DNA from: Candidatus Nomurabacteria bacterium RIFCSPLOWO2_12_FULL_44_11
GTDB taxonomy: Bacteria > Patescibacteriota > Minisyncoccia > Phycocordibacterales > UBA9973
Assembly (NCBI GenBank): GCA_001787125.1
Contig: MFVU01000002.1
Location: 1-44,334, forward strand
Length of the DNA: 44,334 bases
Direction of reading: 5' to 3'
Of this stretch, positions 1-8,722 are shown piece after piece. Position 1 is the stretch's first letter; the number at the start of each line of letters is the position of its first letter. The translations under genes were made by a program, and so were the position numbers. The notes under the pieces were generated by a model. The model made no database searches. It was not told where the DNA came from and saw nothing but the letters and a program-made list of their open reading frames with translations.

Positions 1-79
1 CCCTTAATATTAATAATACCTTTAATCAATTTCATAATTTTGTTTATTTTATGCGTCCGCGATTTCGTTCGGGATCCAT

Positions 80-1102
80 TTATTTCAAAATTACTTGCCC
101 GTTACCTTTTATAATCTTTCCTATTGGGTAAGCATGTACTCCGAATGCTTTTAAATGTTTTATTGCGTCTTCGACAAAATTTGCTTTGACTACGGCCACT
201 ATGCCGACGCCCATGTTAAATGCTCGAAACATATCGGCATCCTCTAGATTGCCGAATTTTTTCAAAATCCTGAATATTTCTAAAACTTTTACTTTTTTAA
301 TATCAACCACTGCGTCCAAGTTTTTAGGCAAAATCCTGTTGAGATTTTCTTTAATACCACCACCTGTTATGTGTGCCAATCCAACCAGCCCTTCATTGCC
401 AAACAAATCCTTTAGACACTTATAATAACAAAAGTGTGGAGTCAAAACAGTTTCCAAAAAGGATTTTCCGCCTATTTTTTCATTTAGTATTTCCGGAGAT
501 TGTTCCATTATTTTTCTGACTAAGGAAATGCCATTTGTATGCAATCCGCTGGAGGGCAGAGCCAGCACAACGTCTCCCGCTTCAATTTTTGAGCCATCGA
601 TAATATTATCCTTCTCCACTACCCCAGCAATGTTTGCGGTAAGAATATATGTCCCTTCTCCGATGACGCCCGGCTGTTCGGATGTTTCGCCGCCCGTGAG
701 CAGGCATTCGTTTTCTCGGCAGGCCTGTGCCAGGGAAGAAACAATTTTCAAAACAATTTCTTTATCCATTTTTCCACAAACAATACAGTCCTGAACGGAG
801 AGCGGCTTGGCTCCCATCACAATTGCGTCGTTTATTAAATGTCCCACCAAATCATAGCAAAGTGTTTCAATACTGTTGTTTTCAAAAGCTAACTTTTGCT
901 TGGTGCCGGGCTCCTCCGTCTTAAAAACTAAAACCGGGTGCTTGTAACCCGGAAATGAACCGTCATACAATGTGGCGAACGCCCCTACTTTGTTCAATAG
1001 GCCACCGTCTTGCGTGTCGAGGATTTTCGCCAATTCTTTTTTAGTGCTGTTAGCAGTATCAATATTAACCCCTGCAGTTTTATATGATAACTTCGTCATC
1101 AT
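80..1102 (-). CDS. purM: phosphoribosylformylglycinamidine cyclo-ligase (AIR synthetase)
   Basis: 340-aa ORF with PurM hallmarks: YKTAGVNID, DLVGHLINDAIVMGAKP, GGETSEQPG, SSGLHTNGISL. ATG overlaps the purE stop (TAATG). GGAG lies about 7 nt upstream. Confidence 0.93.
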   Translation of the reverse strand: MMTKLSYKTAGVNIDTANSTKKELAKILDTQDGGLLNKVGAFATLYDGSFPGYKHPVLVFKTEEPGTKQKLAFENNSIETLCYDLVGHLINDAIVMGAKPLSVQDCIVCGKMDKEIVLKIVSSLAQACRENECLLTGGETSEQPGVIGEGTYILTANIAGVVEKDNIIDGSKIEAGDVVLALPSSGLHTNGISLVRKIMEQSPEILNEKIGGKSFLETVLTPHFCYYKCLKDLFGNEGLVGLAHITGGGIKENLNRILPKNLDAVVDIKKVKVLEIFRILKKFGNLEDADMFRAFNMGVGIVAVVKANFVEDAIKHLKAFGVHAYPIGKIIKGNGQVILK

Positions 1103-1620
1103 TATTTCTCCAAATATTTTTTATAGCCGATTTCGGAAAGTTTCTCTCCTTTTACCTCCTGTTCCTCGCTCATTTTTCTTTTATATGCAGACAATTTGTC
1201 CTGGAGTTCCTGGTCGGCAGTGGCCAGTATTTCGATGGCCAGAAGTCCGGCGTTTTTCCCGGCATTTATTCCCACCGTGGCTACAGGAATTCCCGGCGGC
1301 ATTTGCACGGTAGAGAGGAGTGAATCAAGACCGTCCAAACTTTTGGCTTTTACCGGAAGTCCTATGACAGGCAGAGTCGTGTGAGAAGCGACTGCTCCGG
1401 CTAAGTGTGCGGCGCCACCGGCGCCGGCAATCAAAACTTTTATTCCTCTTTCGAGCGCACCGGCAGCATATTTGTGAACTCTTACTGGGGCTCTATGCGC
1501 TGAACCGACGGTCATATCGTAAGCAACACCGAATTCTTCAAGTATCTGGGCCGCCTCGGCAAAAACTGGTAAATCCGAATCTGAACCCATTATTATGCCA
1601 ACTTTTGGGTTTTTAGACAT
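1102..1620 (-). CDS. purE: N5-carboxyaminoimidazole ribonucleotide mutase (class I PurE-like)
   Basis: 172 aa with [18 protein letters not shown] and [11 protein letters not shown] motifs typical of PurE. Sits inside the purine operon. Confidence 0.92.
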   Translation of the reverse strand: MSKNPKVGIIMGSDSDLPVFAEAAQILEEFGVAYDMTVGSAHRAPVRVHKYAAGALERGIKVLIAGAGGAAHLAGAVASHTTLPVIGLPVKAKSLDGLDSLLSTVQMPPGIPVATVGINAGKNAGLLAIEILATADQELQDKLSAYKRKMSEEQEVKGEKLSEIGYKKYLEK

Positions 1621-1625
1621 TAGTG

Positions 1626-3524
1626 TTATTTTATCATTTCCAATGCCGCTTTGCCAATATCTTTCCTAAACTGCATGCCTTCAAAGGAAATTTTTTGGAT
1701 GGCTTGGTAGGCCTTATCGAGGGCTTCTTGCAAATTATTTCCGACAGTTGAAACGCCCAGCACTCGCCCACCGTTAGTGGCAAGTTCGCCTTTATTATCA
1801 ATTTTTGTTCCTGCATGAAATATTACAATGTCCGGATCACTTTCCGCTTCCTCAATCCCCATTATTTTTTTGCCCTTCTCGTAATTGCTGGGATAGCCCC
1901 CGGAAGCCAAGGCGATATTGCAGGCAAATCCTCCCTGCCACTCAATTTTCTGGTCCTCAAGTGTGCCGTCAATGCACGCGTCAATAGCATCCAGCAAATC
2001 ATTTTCCATGAGTCGCATATATGTTTGTGCCTCCGGGTCACCGAAGCGGGTATTAAACTCAAAAACTTTTGGGCCTTCCGCGGTCAGCATTATGCCGGGG
2101 TAGAGACACCCGACAAATTCTCTTCCCTCGGATCTCATACCTTTTATAGTCGGCGCGATTATTTCTCGTTCAATTTTAGCCATCAGTGCATCATCTACGA
2201 ACGGCAACGGCGCAATTACCCCCATGCCGCCAGTATTCGGCCCGACATTGCCATCAAAAATTCTTTTATGGTCTTGCGAAGCTGGAAAAATTTTATAATT
2301 TTTACCGTCGGAAAGCGCATGAATAGAAATTTCTATGCCTTCTAGGAATTCTTCAATCACAACCTCATTACCCGAAGCGCCAAAAATTTTATCTATCATA
2401 ATTTTCCGCAATGCTTCTGTCGCTTCCTCTTTGGTCTGCGCTATCGTTACACCCTTACCAAGCGCAAGGCCGCTTGCCTTAACAACTATTGGGAATTTCC
2501 CTTTTTCTATGTAATTCCTTGCTTTCTCAAAATTATTAAAAACTGCATGATGCGCGGTAGGAATATTGTGCCTCTTCATAAAGTCCTTGGCGTAGGCCTT
2601 GGACCATTCCAGCTCCGCGGCGGCCTTGGTCGGGCCCCAGACGCGCAATCCCGCCAGAGTAAATGCATCGACAACGCCCGAGGCAAGCGGCTCATCAGAT
2701 ACAACCAGAGTAAGGTCAATGTGTTCTTTCGTTGCGAATTCTAAAAGCTCTGGTATGTCAGTTTCCCTAATGTCTAAATTAGTGCCGATTTGCGACGTTC
2801 CGGCATTACCTCGCGCGAAAAATAGTTTCCCTGCCCGTGGCGACTGTGCAATTTTCCACCCTAGCGCATGCTCTCTGCCTCCCCCAGCACCCACCATTAA
2901 AATTTTTTTATACCTCACCGGACCTTCGGCCACCCTCTCCTTGTCAAGGAGAGGGGCTGGGGGTGAGGTTAATTTACTTAAAACTTCCACATATAGTGAA
3001 TTTTCTCTTTTCTTTAATCGTGAGTATAGGGATTCGACGTTGTCGTATTCATCAATCTTCTCAAAAGTTCGTCCGAGCACCGGTCCGAAATCAAAGTCCA
3101 GCGTTAAAAAATGGATAGTGGAACCTGCGTAAGTCGCCTTTTGATCGAGGAAATTCTGGATGGCCTTATCGCCATACATTCCTTTGTTCCAAAGCGCAGG
3201 CGTGTTGTCAGGATTCTTCACCGTGTCATTTATCGTGTCCGGAATCAAGCCCGGGTGGAGATTTAGTATTTTGCCGGGGTAATCGGCAACTATTTCGTCC
3301 GGGATAATTTTTTTCCAGCCAGCCAGGCATATGTAGTCCGGCGATGCTTTTTTTAATACTGGGACAGCATCTTCATTGTCGGAAATTACTGTAGAAATTT
3401 CGGCGTTAATTTTACCGTCATTTATCGCATTTTGTATTGCCTGCAAGTTGGTATGATTGCCCCCCTCGTGGATCATCAGCACTAATTTTATTTTATTACT
3501 GATTTTATTTATTGGGTACGTCAT
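1626..3524 (-). CDS. purN-purD: bifunctional GAR formyltransferase (PurN-like, N-terminal) / GAR synthetase (PurD, C-terminal) fusion
   Basis: 632 aa. The N-terminal ~190 aa has NLHPGLIPD ... STIHFLTLDFDFGPV, the Asn/His/Asp context of PurN. The C-terminal ~425 aa has KILMVGAGGGREHALGWK, GPNTGGMG and EFNTRFGDPE (ATP-grasp PurD). A Pro/Ala-rich linker joins them. Confidence 0.88.
   Translation of the reverse strand: MTYPINKISNKIKLVLMIHEGGNHTNLQAIQNAINDGKINAEISTVISDNEDAVPVLKKASPDYICLAGWKKIIPDEIVADYPGKILNLHPGLIPDTINDTVKNPDNTPALWNKGMYGDKAIQNFLDQKATYAGSTIHFLTLDFDFGPVLGRTFEKIDEYDNVESLYSRLKKRENSLYVEVLSKLTSPPAPLLDKERVAEGPVRYKKILMVGAGGGREHALGWKIAQSPRAGKLFFARGNAGTSQIGTNLDIRETDIPELLEFATKEHIDLTLVVSDEPLASGVVDAFTLAGLRVWGPTKAAAELEWSKAYAKDFMKRHNIPTAHHAVFNNFEKARNYIEKGKFPIVVKASGLALGKGVTIAQTKEEATEALRKIMIDKIFGASGNEVVIEEFLEGIEISIHALSDGKNYKIFPASQDHKRIFDGNVGPNTGGMGVIAPLPFVDDALMAKIEREIIAPTIKGMRSEGREFVGCLYPGIMLTAEGPKVFEFNTRFGDPEAQTYMRLMENDLLDAIDACIDGTLEDQKIEWQGGFACNIALASGGYPSNYEKGKKIMGIEEAESDPDIVIFHAGTKIDNKGELATNGGRVLGVSTVGNNLQEALDKAYQAIQKISFEGMQFRKDIGKAALEMIK
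2913..2968. repeat. 56-nt imperfect GC-rich palindrome encoding the PurN-PurD interdomain linker
   Basis: Outer arms cctcacc (2913-2919) and ggtgagg (2962-2968). Inner 11-bp arms ccctctccttg (2933-2943) and caaggagaggg (2945-2955). Translates in frame as SPPAPLLDKERVAEGPVR. Confidence 0.8.
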
Positions 3525-4902
3525 AACTTACTTCACTTTTTCTTTCTTTAAGATCAATGGGATATTCCCCGGTAAAAAATGAAGTACAAAGGTTCTCTTT
3601 CGGCAAGCCGATCGATTTAATCAAACTATCCAGCGATAAAAAATGAAGCGAAGTCGCCCCCAGAAATTTTCTGATTTGCTCAACGGTCTTGTTGGACGCG
3701 ATAAGCTCCTTTTGCTTTGGTGTATCTATGCCGTAGAAATCCGGAAAACGAATTGGCGGAGAAGATACCAGAAAATGCACTTCTTTGGCACCGGCTTCAA
3801 ATAATCGCTTAATTAATTTCCTGCTTGTATTTCCCCGCACGATTGAATCATCGATCACAGCGATCTTCTTTCCTTTCAGTACTTTTTTCAGCGGAATAAG
3901 CTTCAGGGCTACACTATTGCGGCGGGATTTTTGATCCGGTTCAATGAATGTGCGGTGCACATAGCGATTTTTTACCAGCGCGAGTTCAATCGGAATACCC
4001 GATGCTTCACCGTATCCTAAAGCTACCGGCATCGCGGTATCGGGGACCGGCACCACGACGTCCACCTGCACTTTCCATTCGCGAGCTAATTCCTTGCCAC
4101 AATTTTTTCTCACTTCATAAATTAATTTTCCGTTGAGCACACTGTCGGGACGTGCAAAATATACGTATTCGAAAATATCATGCCGCGGAGTTGGTTTTGC
4201 CAATTGCTCACTTTTCAAACCCTTAGAATTAATCACAATCATCTCGCCTGGCCGGACATCGCGCACAAATTCTGCGCCGATGGTCTCAAGAGCACAGGTT
4301 TCTGACGCGACGACAAAACCTTTTTCGATTTTCCCAAGAGAGAGTGGGCGCATGCCATACTCATCTCGCACGGCTACCAAGGTATTTTTGGTCATCATTA
4401 CAATTGAAAAAGCGCCGGTCATCAAAGGGAAAACTTTTTTCACCGCGGTAGCTACCGAATCACCCCTTTTGATATAGAAATCTATAGCATCAGTGATAAG
4501 TTCCGAGTCCGAGCGATTTTTTTTAATTGCTTTTCTTTCCGCCAAGAAATTTTCCAACACTTTGATTGAAGGCAAATTGCCATTGTGAGATAGGGCGAAG
4601 GAGGCATGGGCATTTACCACTGGCTGGGCGTGTTCCAGCGCTCCGCCGCCGGAGGTTGAATAGCGATTGTGGCCGATGGCGATATTTCCGGTCAGTTTTT
4701 TGATCGCCTTCTCCGTATAAACCTGGGAGACCAGGCCGGCGCCTTTGTGAGTATGAAGCTTTTTCCCGTCATTGGTAGTAATACCCGACGCTTCCTGGCC
4801 TCTATGCTGAAGCGCAAACAGGGCAAAAAATGCCAAACGAGAAGCAAGCAACCGAGCACCATATATTCCCACTATCCCGCATTTTTCGCCAATTTCATTC
4901 AT
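3505..4902 (-). CDS. purF: amidophosphoribosyltransferase
   Basis: 465 aa. Ntn nucleophile Cys in CGIVGIYG follows a 7-aa propeptide. Also AIGHNRYSTSG and the PRPP loop KKIAVIDDSIVRGNTS. ATGA overlap with the purQ stop. Confidence 0.93.
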   Translation of the reverse strand: MNEIGEKCGIVGIYGARLLASRLAFFALFALQHRGQEASGITTNDGKKLHTHKGAGLVSQVYTEKAIKKLTGNIAIGHNRYSTSGGGALEHAQPVVNAHASFALSHNGNLPSIKVLENFLAERKAIKKNRSDSELITDAIDFYIKRGDSVATAVKKVFPLMTGAFSIVMMTKNTLVAVRDEYGMRPLSLGKIEKGFVVASETCALETIGAEFVRDVRPGEMIVINSKGLKSEQLAKPTPRHDIFEYVYFARPDSVLNGKLIYEVRKNCGKELAREWKVQVDVVVPVPDTAMPVALGYGEASGIPIELALVKNRYVHRTFIEPDQKSRRNSVALKLIPLKKVLKGKKIAVIDDSIVRGNTSRKLIKRLFEAGAKEVHFLVSSPPIRFPDFYGIDTPKQKELIASNKTVEQIRKFLGATSLHFLSLDSLIKSIGLPKENLCTSFFTGEYPIDLKERKSEVSYDVPNK

Positions 4903-5669
4903 CTTTTTTTATTCAAAAAATAATTTATTGCGTTCTTGAAAATTAAAATTCCCTCTCCCCATTCGGATTTGACCATTTTCTTGTTCTTTTGCCATGTCGG
5001 GCTCTGGTGAGCAAACATGGCCCTCTCTGTGTGCGGCATAAGCCCTAGTACTCTCCCATTATACGCTAGAACGCCAGCGATGTCATGCATCGAGCCATTC
5101 GGATTTGCCTCAAGATTTTGGAATTTACAGATTTTTCCATGAGTATAAGTGAAAGCAATTTGCTTATTTTTTTTCAGAACTCTGTAGTCCTCCTCGTCTA
5201 TCACATAGCGCCCCTCGCCGTGGGCTATTGGGACTGAAATTGTTTTAATGCCAGTGAGCCAGGGGCTCCGCCCTTCAACTTTGAGGTCCAGCCATCTATC
5301 TAAATATTTGCCCCCGCTGTTGAAAGTAAGCGCACCCGGCAAAATTCCCAAACTGGTTACTATTTGGAAGCCGTTGCAAATACCGATAACGAGAGTATCG
5401 CGAGCTAAAAATTCTTCCAATTCCTTAGATAAATGGTTTTTGAATTTATTGGCGTAGGCCTTGCCGGAGCCAGTGTCATCACCATAGGCGAATCCGCCGG
5501 GAAAAGCCAGAATATCATAGTCCTTAAGCATGGCCGGACTCGCAATCAAGTCGTTAAGGTGGACAATGTCTGCAATCCCTCCAGCCTTCTCAAAAGCGAA
5601 CTTCGTCTCTTCCTCGCAATTGAGCCCATAGCCCGACATTACTATTACCTTTGGTTTTTTGCTTGTCAT
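4899..5669 (-). CDS. purQ: phosphoribosylformylglycinamidine synthase, glutaminase subunit
   Basis: Class I amidotransferase with LVIGICNGFQ (nucleophile elbow) and GLMPHTERA. I moved the start to ATG 5669 (MTSKKPKVIVMSGYG), 1 nt after the purL stop. The ORF-track extension to 5753 would overlap purL. Confidence 0.9.
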   Translation of the reverse strand: MTSKKPKVIVMSGYGLNCEEETKFAFEKAGGIADIVHLNDLIASPAMLKDYDILAFPGGFAYGDDTGSGKAYANKFKNHLSKELEEFLARDTLVIGICNGFQIVTSLGILPGALTFNSGGKYLDRWLDLKVEGRSPWLTGIKTISVPIAHGEGRYVIDEEDYRVLKKNKQIAFTYTHGKICKFQNLEANPNGSMHDIAGVLAYNGRVLGLMPHTERAMFAHQSPTWQKNKKMVKSEWGEGILIFKNAINYFLNKKR

Positions 5670-5670
5670 A

Positions 5671-8658
5671 TTATTTTCCGCCCGAGGCGGATCCGCCTTT
5701 GGCGGACATTGAATCGGAAAACTTATGATAAATTTTATACAGTTTTTTGACATTCGTATCTACAATCTTGTTCTGACCCGAGGTGATTGTTACTTTACCG
5801 TCTTTTGAAACCGTGCCAAGTTTTGTGCAAATCACCCCCCGCATTAATTTTTCAATTTTCTTTGAGTTTTTTGGGCTGACTGATACTAGAATTCTGCCTT
5901 GGGACTCCGAGAACAGCTTGGCATCGATGTTTAAGTTGCCCTCAAAATTAATTTTTGCTCCCAACATGCCGCCGAGAGAGGCCTTGGCAAGCGCGATAGC
6001 AAACCCGCCGGAATTGACTGAAAGAGATGACTCCAAAAGATTTTTCTCAATAGCATTCTCAAGTGCCTGATATGTCGTTAAATTTTTCTTGAGATCAACC
6101 TGTGGAACATTATTACCGAGCGAACCCAACATTTTGGAATACTCTGAAGCGCCTAATTCATCTTTTGTTTCACCTAGTAGGTAAATCAAGTCCCCGGCAT
6201 TTTTAAATTCAGGCGATATGGTTTTTTGCAAATTCGGCATCACTCCGATAGCCGAGATCAAGAGCGTCGGCGGAATGGAGATTTTAACCGGGTTTCCCTT
6301 TTCCCCGTAGCCCTGAAAGTCATTGAACATACTGTCCTTGCCGGAGATAAAGGGTGTGCCATAGGCCGTGGCGATGTCATAGCATGCCTTGAGGGCATCC
6401 ACGAGCTCTGCCAGGAGTTTTTTATTATAAGAAGAGCACCAGCAGAAGTTATCCAAAATTGCCAAATGGGAGAGTTTTGCTCCGGCTGAAACCGCATTGC
6501 GAACGGCTGTATCCAGTGCTCCTGCGGCCATGGCGTATGTATTTATATCCGAGTAAGAGGGGTAAAGTGCCGAAGAGAGCACCACGGCTCGAGAAGAGGC
6601 CAGGACGGGTTTGAAGACCTGGGCGTCGGTATTGATACGGCCCGGCCCGGATAGGGGTTTCAGGACAGAGGATGCCTGCACTTCATGGTCATATTGGTCG
6701 GAGATAAAGGAAAATCCAGCTATGTTATTTTTGGAAAGCAATTGCTCGAGAATTTTGGTGCGCGAACTTCCTTTGGGCATTTTAGGATTAGGGTGAGTGT
6801 GGCGATACGGCGCAGTGAATAATCGCTTCTTCGGAAAACCGTTATGCAGAAATTCCAAATCCATATCCATAAGGATCCGACCATTGTAGGAGACCGCGCA
6901 TTTTCCTGAATCGGTAAATTCTCCGATGACTGTCGCCTCCACGCCGCGACGTTTCATAAGATTATTGAAAACTTCCCATTTTTTTTGCGGCACCGCGAGA
7001 GTCATGCGTTCTTGCGACTCTGAAATCCAAATTTCCCATGGCCGAAGCCCGGGATATTTGAGTGGAACTTTTTCCAAGTCCACTTTGGCCCCACTACATT
7101 CCTTGGCCATTTCGGAGACGGAACAGGAAATGCCGCCGGCACCGTTGTCCGTAATGCTGTTATATAAATTCATCGCTCGGGCTTCCTTAACGATTGCATC
7201 GCTGAATTTTTTCTGGGTTATCGGGTCGCCGATTTGTACGGCTGTGGCGGGCGAGACGGAATCGAGAGTCACGGAAGAAAAAGTAGCCCCATGAATGCCA
7301 TCGAGTCCCACTCGGCCCCCCACTACAACAATATAGTCGCCTGCTTGCGCTTGTTTTTCCTCGGAGTGGCGGCCATTGATGTTTCTCGGAATTAATCCGA
7401 CTGTGCCTGCGAAAACGAGTGGCTTGCCACGATAACGAGCGTCAAATTTTATAAAGCCCGAAACAGTGGGAATACCGGAACAGTTGCCTCCGGCGTTAAT
7501 GCCTTTGATAACGCCCTCCATAATTCTCTTGGGCGGAAGCATCGGCTGCGTTAGTTCCCGATCCCGAAAAAGTTTGCGCTTGTCGTCCAGTTCGCCAAAA
7601 CAAAATCCATACGTATTGGCGACCGGTTTGGCTCCTAGGCCGAAGCCGATAGTGTCGCGATTGACCCCGACGATGCCGGTAATGGCGCCGCCGAAAGGGT
7701 CGAGAGCCGAGGGACTGTTGTGTGTTTCAACCTTGTGCGTTATGAGGTATTCATCATCGAAAGCAATGCCGCCGGCGTTATCGGAGAAAACCGAGACACA
7801 AAAATCAGCGGCGCCTTTTTTCTTTCTTATTAAATTGGTCGCGCCCTTGATATAGGTCTTATATAAACTGTCTATTATTTTACCATCTCGGGTATCTTCT
7901 ATTTCGCTTGCAAAAATAGTGTGCTTGCAGTGCTCGCTCCAGGTCTGCGCCAAGGACTCCAGTTCAACATCCGTCGGGTCCCTCCCTAGTTTGGTGAAAT
8001 ATTCCTGGATCGTTTTCATGGAATCGAGATCAAGCGCTAGAGGCCCGCGGCGAAAGCCCTGGGGATCCATGATTCCTTCCTTGCCAATTTTGGTAAGTTC
8101 GGCGCTCGAGACCGAGAGTGGCACTCGAATGACCGGGCTGGTCTTGCTTAAAACCACTTCCGGGACATGCAGGGGCAGATTCGCGGTTTTTTGAAAATAT
8201 TTCTTATTGAAAGTATAGGATGTTTCAATCAGCGGATTGTGTAACGAAAAAGCTATTTTTTTTATATCTTCTGCTGATATCGTTCCGGAAATTAAAAAAA
8301 CTTTTGAAGTGTAGACGACCAAGTCCGCCTCCTCTTTTATGTGGAGCAGATCGATTATTGTTTCTTTGACGGTATGTGCTACATTGTCCGTTACTCCGGG
8401 CTTAAATCCGATTTCCAATGCGAAATCGCAGTTAGTTTTTGATAATTTGTCTATTGAATACCCTTCCAAGATAGGATTAGTAAGCGCGCTTGCAACCCTG
8501 AGAAGATCCGCCTTGGCCAGTGAATGCTCGATGAGGTAGGAGTCAATAATTGTGATTCGAGAGAGCTTACCCGATAGCCCCAGTTCGTTCCATGACTTTT
8601 TATAAAGCCCAACTCTCACGTCTAGTCCTTTAGGCGTTACATAAATCCTGGAAATCAT
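5671..8658 (-). CDS. purL: phosphoribosylformylglycinamidine synthase, large-type synthetase subunit with PurS-like N-terminal domain but no fused glutaminase
   Basis: AQTWSEHCKHTIF and HKVETHNSPSALDPFGGA are PurL motifs. EIGFKPGVTDNVAHTVKE resembles the N-domain of large PurL. Start set at ATG 8658 (MISRIYVTPKG); the track extension to 9093 overlaps the divergent yvcK-like gene. Confidence 0.9.
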   Translation of the reverse strand: MISRIYVTPKGLDVRVGLYKKSWNELGLSGKLSRITIIDSYLIEHSLAKADLLRVASALTNPILEGYSIDKLSKTNCDFALEIGFKPGVTDNVAHTVKETIIDLLHIKEEADLVVYTSKVFLISGTISAEDIKKIAFSLHNPLIETSYTFNKKYFQKTANLPLHVPEVVLSKTSPVIRVPLSVSSAELTKIGKEGIMDPQGFRRGPLALDLDSMKTIQEYFTKLGRDPTDVELESLAQTWSEHCKHTIFASEIEDTRDGKIIDSLYKTYIKGATNLIRKKKGAADFCVSVFSDNAGGIAFDDEYLITHKVETHNSPSALDPFGGAITGIVGVNRDTIGFGLGAKPVANTYGFCFGELDDKRKLFRDRELTQPMLPPKRIMEGVIKGINAGGNCSGIPTVSGFIKFDARYRGKPLVFAGTVGLIPRNINGRHSEEKQAQAGDYIVVVGGRVGLDGIHGATFSSVTLDSVSPATAVQIGDPITQKKFSDAIVKEARAMNLYNSITDNGAGGISCSVSEMAKECSGAKVDLEKVPLKYPGLRPWEIWISESQERMTLAVPQKKWEVFNNLMKRRGVEATVIGEFTDSGKCAVSYNGRILMDMDLEFLHNGFPKKRLFTAPYRHTHPNPKMPKGSSRTKILEQLLSKNNIAGFSFISDQYDHEVQASSVLKPLSGPGRINTDAQVFKPVLASSRAVVLSSALYPSYSDINTYAMAAGALDTAVRNAVSAGAKLSHLAILDNFCWCSSYNKKLLAELVDALKACYDIATAYGTPFISGKDSMFNDFQGYGEKGNPVKISIPPTLLISAIGVMPNLQKTISPEFKNAGDLIYLLGETKDELGASEYSKMLGSLGNNVPQVDLKKNLTTYQALENAIEKNLLESSLSVNSGGFAIALAKASLGGMLGAKINFEGNLNIDAKLFSESQGRILVSVSPKNSKKIEKLMRGVICTKLGTVSKDGKVTITSGQNKIVDTNVKKLYKIYHKFSDSMSAKGGSASGGK
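5678..5705. repeat. tandem CCGCC-n3-GGCGG mini-palindromes at the purL 3' end
   Basis: ccgcc cga ggcgg (5678-5690), then at, then ccgcc ttt ggcgg (5693-5705). The centre forms the 12-bp perfect palindrome ggcggatccgcc. Encodes the purL C-terminus SAKGGSASGGK, 8 nt upstream of the purQ ATG. Confidence 0.75.
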
Positions 8659-8670
8659 ACTGTTATGCCC

Positions 8671-8679
8671 ATTATAGCA
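8671..8679 (-). promoter_or_regulatory. extended -10 (TGcTATAAT) for the purL operon
   Basis: Minus strand reads gTGcTATAAT, then 12 nt, then the purL ATG. No SD in between. Confidence 0.5.
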
Positions 8680-8705
8680 CACCTCGGGACAAATCGCACA
8701 AATTC

Positions 8706-8714
8706 TGCTAGAAT
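8706..8714 (+). promoter_or_regulatory. extended -10 (TGcTAGAAT) for the yvcK-like gene
   Basis: TGcTAGAAT ends 8 nt before ATG 8723. GGGACA lies 17 nt upstream as a weak -35. Confidence 0.45.
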
Positions 8715-8722
8715 CACTGGAA

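Noticed and set aside
1-35. Possible 5' end of a minus-strand gene (ATG at 35-33, MKLIKGIINIKG...) running off the window
   Set aside because: Only about 11 codons are visible, which is too short to support or name.
5670-5753. 28-codon extension of the purQ ORF
   Set aside because: It would overlap the purL 3' end. ATG 5669 gives the canonical MTSKKPKVIVMSGYG start 1 nt after the purL stop.
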